Below are positions 12,153-22,927 of a stretch of DNA of 64,000 bases, piece by piece. The notes beneath the pieces were generated by a model, which saw nothing but the letters and a program-made list of their open reading frames with translations, was not told the origin of the DNA and made no database searches. Source of the stretch: Eledone cirrhosa (lineage: Eukaryota); the NCBI GenBank assembly GCA_964016885.1, contig OZ024742.1, forward strand, positions 94,860,001 to 94,924,000. The letters run 5' to 3'. Position 1 is the first letter of the stretch, and each line of letters starts with the position of its first letter. The translations under genes were made by a program, and so were the position numbers.

Positions 12153-12256
12153 TACCTTGCTAATCCTGCCAGTAGCCATATGCCTGTTTCGAAGACTCAA
12201 ATATTAAGCCATGCAAGTGTAAGTTCATGCTGTTAAGGAATGGTAAAACCATGAAT
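12153..12256 (+). pseudogene. Degenerate 18S rRNA 5'-end fragment
   Basis: TACCTTGCTAATCCTGCCAGTAGCCATATGCCTGTTTC...TATTAAGCCATGCAAGTGTAAGT matches eukaryotic 18S start TACCTGGTTGATCCTGCCAGTAGTCATATGCTTGTCTC...ATTAAGCCATGCATGTCTAAGT. Confidence 0.8.
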
Positions 12257-12407
12257 ATCTTAGGAAGCAAATCTAATCCTCATAAATGTATTCCTCATTG
12301 CAAATAGAATGTATAACCATGACAACTACTAAGGCTACCTACAACTTCTTTGTTTCCTTTATCATTGTCATCCATATTTTACAATCATAATTCATTGTTG
12401 TAGATTG

Positions 12408-12616
12408 GTTCAACTCTTTTGTTAACATATTTCTAAAGAAAGACACTACCTATCATTTTCAAATAATTTTGAAACTAATCACGAATTTGGAAGGATTTAG
12501 TAATATAAATAACTTACTCATTGTGAAGTTGGTGTTTGGAACATAGCTTAATAAAGGTTCTTACATATTGTAGAAACAGAATCAGTTTCAGACGGTTTGG
12601 TAAGAAAAGGATTAAG
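12408..12616. mobile_element. Old MITE-like repeat with TTAACCCTTT-type termini (related pieces near 26492, 33687, 54643, 59198, 62480)
   Basis: Shared internal motifs (TTTTCAAATAATTTTGAAAA, GGTGTTTGGAAC) and degenerate TTAA-CCC ends, piggyBac-like. Confidence 0.4.
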
Positions 12617-13349
12617 TGTTACAGTTAATACCAGGACTGCTGCTACTAATATTGTAGAACTGTAATAGTAACAGCAGTTTCATATGGTTTGATAAACAAC
12701 TTTTTTTTTATACAAATATATCTGAACCAGCTTATTGTTTTATAATACAAAATATCTATCTGTAAAAAGTTCATATTTAAATTCAATCTTTCCTTCATAC
12801 TTTTAAGCAAGAAACTTTAAAAATACATTCTTAATGCTGTCTTGATAATGAAAAAAGTTGGGAATTTTTTAATAAATCCTTCCAAATTCTTATTTTAAAA
12901 ATTCATTGTAACATGTGAATTTTAGTGTATTTTATTTAAGACTAGAAGAATTGTTCAATGTTGCTAGGGAAATGTTTACCATAGAATTCCTTTCTTTCAA
13001 TTTTTTTATTGCATGTCAGATAATGTTTCTGCTGGGCTTCATCTCCCATTATGTTTACCTTGTAGACCATCTCTATGGATTGTCAATTGTCCTCAAGGGG
13101 ATTTCTATGGAAATTTATTCAATGGAGATGTATTTTGAAGTGGTATCAGTGGCTTCTTGTGAACTTTAACATAAACATCAGGTGACCTCTGTGAGGACAA
13201 CTATCTGCTTCATAGTGAAAACAGTGCCCTTGCAGACAGCATGGATAAATGGAATAATGAGGTCACATTGAAGGAATAGATGAGACAATCGATAAAAGCC
13301 AGACTACATAAATTGTCACAGTAACAGGGATTGATAGTATTATTATTGT

Positions 13350-13565
13350 GAATTGGCAGAATAGGTAGAGCGTCAGACACCCTGTTTTGTGGCATAGTTA
13401 TAGCCCTTTACATTCTGAGTTCAAATACAACCAAGGTTAGCTTTGCCTTTTATCCTTAAGGGTCCAATTAAATAAAGTACCTGTAACACACTTGTGTCAA
13501 TTTAATTGACTTTCCTGTCCCCTCCAAATTGCTGGCCTTGTGCCTAAACTAGAAACGATTATTTT
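13350..13565 (+). mobile_element. tRNA-derived SINE (diverged)
   Basis: Matches SINE consensus with longer 3' part. Confidence 0.8.
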
Positions 13566-14560
13566 CTTTTTATTTTTGTTTATTTTTCTTTAAAACTTTT
13601 CATAATTCAGAACCTCCAGGAGCCCCACAACATTCTCCCTAGGATACAAATTTAAAAAATCAAGTGTTTTTCAATAGTTTTTCAAGTGTTTTTCAATCAT
13701 TTCGGATCCTTTTGGTGATATACACGTATACATAAAAACATACATTTACACATACACTCTCAAATATATAGTAGATACTGTAACAAAAGGGCTAAGGCAC
13801 CAGTACTACAGCACATATGAAAATGAGTAGGTGGCCTACTTTCAAATTGAAAAGGTGGGATGATCAGAGATAGAATAAGTTTGCTCAATCTTCGGGCTGA
13901 GTTAGGACTAAACTACAACATTGATTTTAAATATTTCAGCATGTGGCAATCAGGGTGTTTGAGGGAGCTGGACCACTGACAGTGAATTTCTTGTCATTGT
14001 GTATAATTAAGACAGTCAAACATTAACTGAATGATCACTCAATACATGTAAGCAAAGTACAATTCAAAGTTACGGCCAACTTTTTCTTCAGAAAATAAAA
14101 CATATACATATGTATATAATGTTTGTCACCATGTGTCTGCAGATGGACACTCTTTGGACAACCAGTAATGTTTTTTTGAGTCCTGCACCTCAATAGTTAA
14201 CATATGAAGTTAAGAAGAATTAACTTAAATAAAACAAGTAAGGATTGGTGTCAGGAAGAGCCACTGGCCATAGAAAACCACTTCAAAATGAAACTTACCT
14301 TACTCATAGTAACATGGAATAGTGGATGTAAAGATATCTGTACATAAAAATCCTTTTGAACTCCTATAACTCTAGGTTTCACCTCAACTCTATACCTTAT
14401 CTATGTGTGTGTATGTTCTTCAACACACATACATTGACTGAAAACATATCTATTTAGTTTCTCTCACTCTCCCTCTAATCTCTCTCTTTCCCCTTTGAAC
14501 TGAAATTTTTATTTTGACTTTACTTCCCCAAACAAAGCTTTCCACTCATTTCCTTATATG

Positions 14561-14592
<32 letters not shown>

Positions 14593-14686
14593 CATATATA
14601 TACATATATATACATATATACATACATACATACATACATGTATGTATCTATGTAGCTATATATGAACATATGTGTATAGGTTTATA

Positions 14687-14730
<44 letters not shown>

Positions 14731-15631
14731 CACTTCACATAATTTCATGTTCTTATATCAGTGATGTTTTATATCCTTCCTTCCTTTTTATATTCTTTCC
14801 TTCTTTTTTATCCTATTTAACTTTTAAACTTTTTCTCGTCTTTGGTGATAAATGAATTTAAATCTCTGTGATAAATTAACACCGAATGAAGAACACTAAA
14901 CTCCACTTAATTCTCGCTCTACAGCTAATTTTTTGAAACTTATTTTCAATTCTTTTTTTTACCAGAACTTACATTTATGTTAGACTCTCTGCACCTTGAG
15001 TTGCGATGATTCCATCCTTTTCCTATTAACCAAAGGTTTGATGGTTCATATTCCATGCCTGGTGTTGCGTTTTTAATCTTTCTATTCTGTATATTCTTTT
15101 GTATATAGTCTACTGTATAATCTCATAAATATTTTGCACTTTACCCGCAAATGTTTTAGTGAAACACCAGCATGTGGCTGACATGGGCCACAAGACCTAA
15201 ATTCAAAATACATGGTACATTTATTTGTGTATATGTTACACCTTAAACACAAGAATTTGGTATAAACCTTACCATTCGAGTGACTTATCAACTGAACATA
15301 CAAATCTTCAATTCAAAATAGATGGTACATTAAAATATTTGTGTATATATATATAGCACATTTACCCATGAAAATTTGATGTGAAAATCTACTATGCTAT
15401 TGACTTATTTAATGAGTCTACAGAATCACAATTTAAATAAATTGTTGATGTATATATGTATATACTTGTACAGAAATTGCTTTTTGTCCATGAAAATATA
15501 ATGTAATAATCCAACTTGTGATTTACCTACTGGATCATTACTTCACTTTTCTCTTGATCCTCTATCTATCTCTCTTGGGAGACAGGACTTGGGTTGCTGA
15601 AAATGCTTTACCAGTTCATTTCTTGGTATTA

Positions 15632-15822
15632 TGCGGTGGATTGGCAGTATCGGTAGAGGGTCGGACGCCATGCTTTCAAGCATAGTTACGTCCCTTTATG
15701 ATCTGAGTTCAAATCCCGCCGAGGTTGACTTTGCCTTTCATCCTTACGGGGTCGATAAAATAAAGTACCAGTAATGCACTGGATAATTGCTGGCCTTGTG
15801 CCTAAAGTAGAAACAATTATTC
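15632..15822 (+). mobile_element. tRNA-derived SINE (young)
   Basis: Near-identical to the 1892-2080 copy. Confidence 0.92.
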
Positions 15823-16467
15823 TCTAAAGCCAATTACTAGTTTATGTGCATGTGTTTGTGGCTACATCTTAACTCTTGCTTTGGCCTATTACCAACTTTG
15901 TATAGACCTGTGTACCAGCAATACATTGGTGTAATGTTAAACAAACCAAACTGTCACAGCTATTGCCATTTTGTCTCTTTCACAATATTGTCATAGCACC
16001 TAGTCAAAAGTAACAAAACCGTTATCATTATTATTTTTTCTTTTAACAAACAAGAAAATACCCTTCACCCATCCACCCTCCCTAACACTGAAGAGAAAAA
16101 ATCAATGAACCAATATGAAAATAAAATAGTATCAAAAAATCTTTAACAACACACAAGAAAAAAGAAAGAAAGAATAAAGCATGCCAATGTAAGGAGATGG
16201 ATATCACAGGTTAAAGAAATGGCATTTTGTTATCTGAAAATCTCGATGGAAATAATTTGATATTAACAAGGAAATCAGCAATGTGGCTAATCTATTGATG
16301 AGATCTATTGAACTAGTATGTTGATGTTAATTTTTGCCTTGTGCTGCAGTCATACATTAACTAGAGAAACAGTAATTTCTTTACATTGAGCTGGTGATTA
16401 TTTCCTCCCAGTTGCTAATGAGATTAGCTCATATATGTCACTTCATATAAATATAAATATATATATA

Positions 16468-16582
16468 TAATTGTTTCTACTTTTGGCACAAGGCCAGCAA
16501 TTACCCAGTGCATTACTGGTACTTTATTTTATTGACCGCGTAAGGATGAAAGGTAAAGTTAACCTCGGCGGAATTTGAACTA
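16468..16582 (-). mobile_element. 5'-truncated SINE
   Basis: Reverse complement of SINE 3' half. Confidence 0.85.
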
Positions 16583-16977
16583 ACTTATAATGCAAGGTTT
16601 TTAGGTAAACAGAAACACCATTATATCAGAGAACTAAGGGCACATTCAATTGGTTTGGTATCAAGAGTGAAAGAGAGCAAGGAATAATTTGAGAAAGATG
16701 CGTCTACTGGTTTTAGCAAGTTTGTCAATCATATAAATATTCTCTCATTGTTGTTGAAGTAGTGTTTAGTGCATATTTTATTGTTGTTACTATGTCTTGT
16801 ACTACAGTGTTATTGCCATTGTTAACTACCATTATCAGTGGAATCTGAAGTTATATGAAATTTTACCTTCTCTTGGCAGTTGTTGAAGTCTTTATTAGTT
16901 TTTTTTTTTTTTCGTTCAATGTTTTCTTTTTCTTTATACCTTTATCATCCTTTCACTAACCCTCCATCTCTCCCCCT

Positions 16978-17031
<54 letters not shown>

Positions 17032-17289
17032 ATACTTATTTCTCTCTTTATGCTTATCTTTAGTTCATATCTATCTATCTTTCATACTATTTCAATTTCA
17101 ATTTTTATTCCCGTAGGTTTGTCTCTCTTTCGTAGTGTTGTTTGAGGAGGAAAAGCAACACAATGCAGATGTAGTCACCCCCCCCCCCCCCACCATATGT
17201 AAATATATTATACATGTATGTATATATATATATATATATATTTATATAAGATTATGTATGTATTCACACACACCCATACACACACACAC

Positions 17290-17346
<57 letters not shown>

Positions 17347-17350
17347 AGAT

Positions 17351-17392
<42 letters not shown>

Positions 17393-17721
17393 AGATTATG
17401 TATGTATTCACACACACACATCATCATCATCATCATCATCACCGTTTTACGTCCGTTCTTCCACGCTAGCATGGGTTAGACGGGTTGTCCTGTTGTGGGC
17501 AGTGTCTGGTCGGCTGACCATGCCTTGCTCATACAGGAACTGATCTGGCTTGATTTCTACAGCTGGATGCCCTTCCTAACACCAACCTCATTTACAGTGA
17601 GTGCTGGGTGCTTTTTCGTGGCGCCTACACGTCCACTTTACAGTGTGGGCTGGGTGCTTTTTTGCCGTGGCACCTCCACGACCACCTTGCGGTGGGGGGG
17701 GGGGCATATTGTTTATATGCT

Positions 17722-20700
17722 TCAGCATGTACCCATGGGAGGTCGGGTACCCTGTATTACTGCGTGACGCCAGAAGTCACGGTCGTGTGTCATTGACTTT
17801 GAGAGGTGTAGTTGGGTAAGGTCGGCTTTTATCACCTCATCCCAAGTCATCTTGGGTCTCCCCACTCCGCGGTTTCCATCAACTTCTAGTGCTCTGCACC
17901 TTTTTATGCAGCTGTCATCCTTCATACGCATCACATGTCCATACCAGCGTAACCGCCTCTCCTGCACGCAGCATTTGATTCCTCTTATGCTCAGTCTCTC
18001 TCTCAATTCATTTATGCTTTGTTGTTCACGTATATTACTGTTACACATCCATCGGAGCATGCAGGCTTCGTTTCTCTCTAATCTACGTAAGTCTTCCACC
18101 TTCAGCGCCCAGGTCTCACTACCATGCAACATCGCTGTTCGGATACACGCATCATACAGTCTGCCTTTCATTCTGAGGGAGAAGCCTTTTGCAGCTAGCA
18201 GTGGTAGTAGTTCCCTAAACTTCTTCCATCCCGTTCTTACCCTAGTTATTGTACTTTCTGAGCACCCACCTCCGTTGCTAATTCGGTCACCTAGGTAGCA
18301 GAAGCTGTCTACTGTTTCTACAGGGCCCTCCCAGAGATTGGTGGTACTTGTTTCCTGTGGCTGTTTGCTTGCTGTTTCAGCACAGCTGCTGCATGTGAAT
18401 CCTACATTCTTAATTAAGCTTCCTGAGATCCCGCTACATCTCTTGTGTACCCATTGTTTGCATTTGGGGCAAAGAATGGAGTTCCTACCTACACCTTTCC
18501 TACATACTGAGCAAGGCCATTTCCCTGAGGGGATCTGGGTTCTGTTTTCTCGTCTACTTATAAGGACCTTAGTCTTTGTCATGTTGACTTTGAGGCCCTT
18601 TCTCTCTAGTCCCTGCTTCCAGGTTTGGAATTTATTCTCTAGTTCTACCATAGATTCAGCTATGAGTGCAAGGTCATCAGCATACAGGAGTTCCCATGGG
18701 CATCCGGTCTTAAACTCCTCCGTTATTGCCTGCAGGACTATGATGAACAGGAGAGGGCTAAGAACAGAGCCCTGGTGGACCCCAACCTGTACGCTAAATT
18801 CCTCGCTATACTCATTGCCAATCCTAACTTTGCTGACTGCTCCCCTATACATGGCTTGTACCGCTTTCACAAGCCATTCATCTACTCCTAGTTTTCTAAG
18901 AGCCCACCAGATTACTGCACGTGGAACTCTGTCAAAGGCTTTCTCAAGGTCGACAAATGCCAAGTAGAGTGGCTTACTTTTAGCTAGGTACTTTTCCTGT
19001 AATTGCCTCACAAGGAAGAGCGCATCAGTGGTGCCTTTCCCTGGTACAAACCCAAATTGCATCTCGTCTATATTCACCCGGTCCCTAATCAGCTGTGCTA
19101 TAACTCTTTCTGTTACTTTCATGACCTGGTCCATCAACTTTATACCTCTATAGTTTCCTCTATCTAGTGCATCGCCTTTACCTTTGTAGCAGTTGACAAT
19201 GATGCTACTGCACCAGTCTTTTGGTATGGCCCCCTCTAGTATTACCTGGTTAACGATACGTGTGGTTATAGTGTGACCTACAGACCCAGATGCCTTCAGC
19301 ATCTCGGCAGCTATACCCGATGGACCGGTTGCCTTCCCTATCTTCATATCTCTGATTGCCTTACTTACTACGCTGCCGCTGACTTGTACTGCTGGTCCCT
19401 CTATAGGGTCTACGTGGGGTAGGGTCTCTTCTTCCCATGCATTCTCCTCATTTAGTAATCTATCATAATGACTCTTCCATGCATCTTTCTTCTCAGCACT
19501 TGTGAGGGCAAGCTCACCTTTATCATTCCGGATACACTTCTCTCCAATGACATCACAACTATCTCTGACACACTGCCTCGCAATCTTGAATGCCTCCTGT
19601 TTCTGGTCCTCACGTTGTAAAACATGCTTGAATTTTCTATCCTCTGCTTCCCTCCTAGCTAAGTATACTTGTCGCCTAGCTTCCCTCTTGGTCTCTATGT
19701 AATGTACCCTGCTCCCCCCGTTCTTCCATTCTTTCCATGCCTGTCTCTTGGCCTTGACTGCTTCATCTACCTTATTGTTCCACCACCAAGTCACTCTCCT
19801 CCTGCTTGAGGTCTTACTCCAGCCACAAACCTCATCCGTCGCCTCTAGTGAGTTATTTTTTAGGAACTCCCAGTTCTCTTCTACGTTAAATGTCTCTATC
19901 TGTTCTTCTTTACTGTCGTAGGCGTTGAGTAAAATATCTTTAAATCTGTTACTGGTTGAGGGGACTTTCATCTTCCAGATCTTTCTTCTCCAGGTTGGCC
20001 TCTGTTTCCGGGTTCGTCTAGTTCTGACCGCGAGGTCGCTGACAACTAAGCTATGTTGGGATGTACATTCCTCACTAGGGAAGGCTTTTGTGTTTACGAC
20101 CGTCCATCTGTCACGTCCTCTGATGAGGATAAAATCTAACTGACTAGAGTGCTCCCCTGATCTATAGGTGATCAGGTGGTTGTCGGGTTTTTTAAAGTTT
20201 GTGTTACATATCGACATGTCATTGGCGTCGCAGAATTCTAGAAGTCTGAATCCTTCCTCATTCCTTGTGCCAACTCCATGGCCTCCATGTACTCTATTGA
20301 AGCCGTCGCAGTGTTTACCTACGTGTCCGTTAAAATCTCCTGCAATGATTAGGAAGTCCTTGTCGTCTGTTAGAGCAGTAGTGTGTATTAGGGACTCGTA
20401 AAACCTATCCTTAAGTTCGTCTGGCAGCCCCGATTGGGGTGCGTAAGCTGATATTATTGTGGTAATTGTCTTATTCAGGACTAGTCTGAGTTTAATGATT
20501 CTTGCATTTACCCTGTACACTGAGATTACTTTATCTACCCACTTGTCAGCTAATAGTATACCTACACCACCCATCCCATCGTCATTTCCCACCCAGAAAA
20601 ATTTGTAGTACTGGCTTTTTCCTACAAGGACTCTAGCAGACCCTCCTCTCCATCTAGTCTCTTGCACACAGCATACATCAACTTCCTTTCGCTCTAGCAT

Positions 20701-20841
20701 TTCTACGATTTCTCCTGCTCTTCCTTTCATTGAGCCTACATTGATGGTACCAACTCGGAGTTTTGGGCATTTGTCGACACTCGTAGGGGAGGGTCTCTGG
20801 GTTGGCGCTTCACGTGGGTGCTTGGTAGCTCGCAGATTCAT
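17722..20841 (-). CDS. RTE LINE ORF: APE endonuclease + reverse transcriptase + PHD-like Cys/His finger
   Basis: APE motifs GTINV, CVQETRW, SAYAPQ, AGDFNGH, LDFIL, SQH; RT motifs YRGI, QFGF, FVDLEKAFDRV, GVHQGSVLSPLLF, LLYADD, YLG; RLRWYGHV and GRPK..W C-terminus typical of RTE. Confidence 0.97.
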   Translation of the reverse strand: MNLRATKHPREAPTQRPSPTSVDKCPKLRVGTINVGSMKGRAGEIVEMLERKEVDVCCVQETRWRGGSARVLVGKSQYYKFFWVGNDDGMGGVGILLADKWVDKVISVYRVNARIIKLRLVLNKTITTIISAYAPQSGLPDELKDRFYESLIHTTALTDDKDFLIIAGDFNGHVGKHCDGFNRVHGGHGVGTRNEEGFRLLEFCDANDMSICNTNFKKPDNHLITYRSGEHSSQLDFILIRGRDRWTVVNTKAFPSEECTSQHSLVVSDLAVRTRRTRKQRPTWRRKIWKMKVPSTSNRFKDILLNAYDSKEEQIETFNVEENWEFLKNNSLEATDEVCGWSKTSSRRRVTWWWNNKVDEAVKAKRQAWKEWKNGGSRVHYIETKREARRQVYLARREAEDRKFKHVLQREDQKQEAFKIARQCVRDSCDVIGEKCIRNDKGELALTSAEKKDAWKSHYDRLLNEENAWEEETLPHVDPIEGPAVQVSGSVVSKAIRDMKIGKATGPSGIAAEMLKASGSVGHTITTRIVNQVILEGAIPKDWCSSIIVNCYKGKGDALDRGNYRGIKLMDQVMKVTERVIAQLIRDRVNIDEMQFGFVPGKGTTDALFLVRQLQEKYLAKSKPLYLAFVDLEKAFDRVPRAVIWWALRKLGVDEWLVKAVQAMYRGAVSKVRIGNEYSEEFSVQVGVHQGSVLSPLLFIIVLQAITEEFKTGCPWELLYADDLALIAESMVELENKFQTWKQGLERKGLKVNMTKTKVLISRRENRTQIPSGKWPCSVCRKGVGRNSILCPKCKQWVHKRCSGISGSLIKNVGFTCSSCAETASKQPQETSTTNLWEGPVETVDSFCYLGDRISNGGGCSESTITRVRTGWKKFRELLPLLAAKGFSLRMKGRLYDACIRTAMLHGSETWALKVEDLRRLERNEACMLRWMCNSNIREQQSINELRERLSIRGIKCCVQERRLRWYGHVMRMKDDSCIKRCRALEVDGNRGVGRPKMTWDEVIKADLTQLHLSKSMTHDRDFWRHAVIQGTRPPMGTC

Positions 20842-21087
20842 ATTTCATCTATTGATTCAGAGTTGCTCGTGTATTCCCAGCTCATCCATCCATAACGGTG
20901 GGAAAATTGAGGGCTAGAAGGACAGTGGTGGTGGGGTAATGGCAGGGTGTGTTGGGATGCGCCAGAGGGGGAGAGAGTTAGTTAGGCAGGTAGTAGCAGC
21001 AGCAGCAGCAGTGGAAATGGCATGCTAGGTTTGATTGGTCGAATAGACTATGGTGGTGTGTGGGGGTGGGGGGGAGGGAAATTGTGA

Positions 21088-22607
21088 GGTAGGAACTGAG
21101 GGTCGTATGGTAAATAACTGAGAGAGATACAATAGGATTAGAATACCGCATGGTAAATATCCAAGTTAATACTACATCAGTAAAATTAACAATAATAACG
21201 TCATGAAAAAAGCTACTAAGAGAAACCCTCGAAAATTTATCGCTAATACAGCAGGGAAAATTTAACGCTAATACAGCAGGGAACATCATAATATTAACGA
21301 CAATATGTAGGCTAAAATACCTTCGTAGATTAGGTGGATGGCTGGCTGGGAAATTTGAATCAGCTCTAGTGGTACATTTTAGCAGAGAAGAATGGGAAAG
21401 TGTCTTATCTCTTCAATATTTTCAGATTGAATGAATTAGGTTAAAGACAGGGTAGTAAGCCTTAAAGAAGTGCATAGAGAGGGGGGGGGGTAGGAACTGA
21501 GGGTCGCATGGTAAATAACTGAGAGAGATACAATAGGATTAGAATACCGCATGGTAAATATCCAAGTTAATACTACATCAGTAAAATTAACAATAATAAC
21601 GTCATGAAAAAAGCTACTAAGAGAAACCCTCGAAAATTTATCGCTAATACAGCAGGGAAAATTTAACGCTAATACAGCAGGGAACATCATAATATTAACG
21701 ACAATATGTAGGCTAAAATACCTTCGTAGATTAGGTGGATGGCTGGCTGGGAAATTTGAATCAGCTCTAGTGGTACATTTTAGCAGAGAAGAATGGGAAA
21801 GTGTCTTATCTCTTCAATATTTTCAGATTGAATGAATTAGGTTAAAGACAGGGTAGTAAGCCTTAAAGAAGTGCATAGAGAGGGGGGGGGTAGGAACTGA
21901 GGGTCGCATGGTAAATAACTGAGAGAGATACAATAGGATTAGAATACCGCATGGTAAATATCCAAGTTAATACTACATCAGTAAAATTAACAATAATAAC
22001 GTCATGAAAAAAGCTACTAAGAGAAACCCTCGAAAATTTATCGCTAATACAGCAGGGAAAATTTAACGCTAATACAGCAGGGAACATCATAATATTAACG
22101 ATAATATGTAGGCTAAAATACCTTCGTAGATTAGGTGGATGGCTGGCTGGGAAAATTTGAATCAGCTCTAGTGGTACATTTTAGCAGAGAAGAATGGGAA
22201 AGTGTCTTATCTCTTCAATATTTTCAGATTGAATGAATTAGGTTAAAGACAGGGTAGTAAGCCTTAAAGAAGTGCATAGAGAGGGGGGGGTAGGAACTGA
22301 GGGTCGCATGGTAAATAACTGAGAGAGATACAATAGGATTAGAATACCGCATGGTAAATATCCAAGTTAATACTACATCAGTAAAATTAACAATAATAAC
22401 GTCATGAAAAAAGCTACTAAGAGAAACCCTCGAAAATTTATCGCTAATACAGCAGGGAAAATTTAACGCTAATACAGCAGGGAACATCATAATATTAACG
22501 ACAATATGTAGGCTAAAATACCTTCGTAGATTAGGTGGATGGCTGGCTGGGAAAATTTGAATCAGCTCTAGTGGTACATTTTAGCAGAGAAGAATGGGAA
22601 AGTGTCT
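21088..22607 (-). repeat. ~3.8 tandem near-identical 400-bp monomers forming the RTE 5' region
   Basis: GGTAGGAACTGAGGGTCG recurs at ~21088, 21489, 21889, 22289. Confidence 0.95.
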
Positions 22608-22617
22608 TTCATACATG

Positions 22618-22671
<54 letters not shown>

Positions 22672-22724
22672 CTTTTTGTATTTGTTTTAGAAGATTCTTT
22701 ATTAGAAAACGTGTATTCAAACAG

Positions 22725-22927
22725 ATATTGTTATACTTTCGGAGGGTCATGTTGCCAATAATACACACATGCACCTGTTGGGTTTCACTTGTATTTATTA
22801 TTCAAATTTCCCAGTTGGTTAGTTTAATAACTGGATGGGAAATTATAATAACAAATTGAAGTGAAACTCAACAGGTGCTTGTGTTTTTTTTATTGGCAGG
22901 ATGAGGCTCCCAAAGTATAGGTATATA
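22725..22927. repeat. Imperfect ~200-bp inverted repeat flanked by (TA)n
   Basis: GCACCTGTTGGGTTTCACTT / AAGTGAAACTCAACAGGTGC plus outer arms; related sequence near 3715-3762. Confidence 0.7.

Larger units (their letters stand above)
17420..22607 (-). mobile_element. Full-length RTE-clade non-LTR retrotransposon
   Basis: Single intact APE-RT ORF, ~300-bp 3' UTR, (ATG)n tail, tandem-repeat 5' region; no clean TSD found. Confidence 0.93.

Noticed and set aside
17852-20401. Plus-strand ORFs overlapping the RTE ORF
   Set aside because: Antisense shadow frames of the LINE coding sequence
20978-22490. Four repeated MMFPAVLAL... ORFs, or a CRISPR-like array
   Set aside because: By-product of the 400-bp monomer with variable C-termini and no domain; no unique spacers; eukaryotic context
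20842-22607. HDV-like ribozyme, known from the 5' ends of some RTE elements
   Set aside because: Could not identify the nested double pseudoknot by eye; needs a descriptor search
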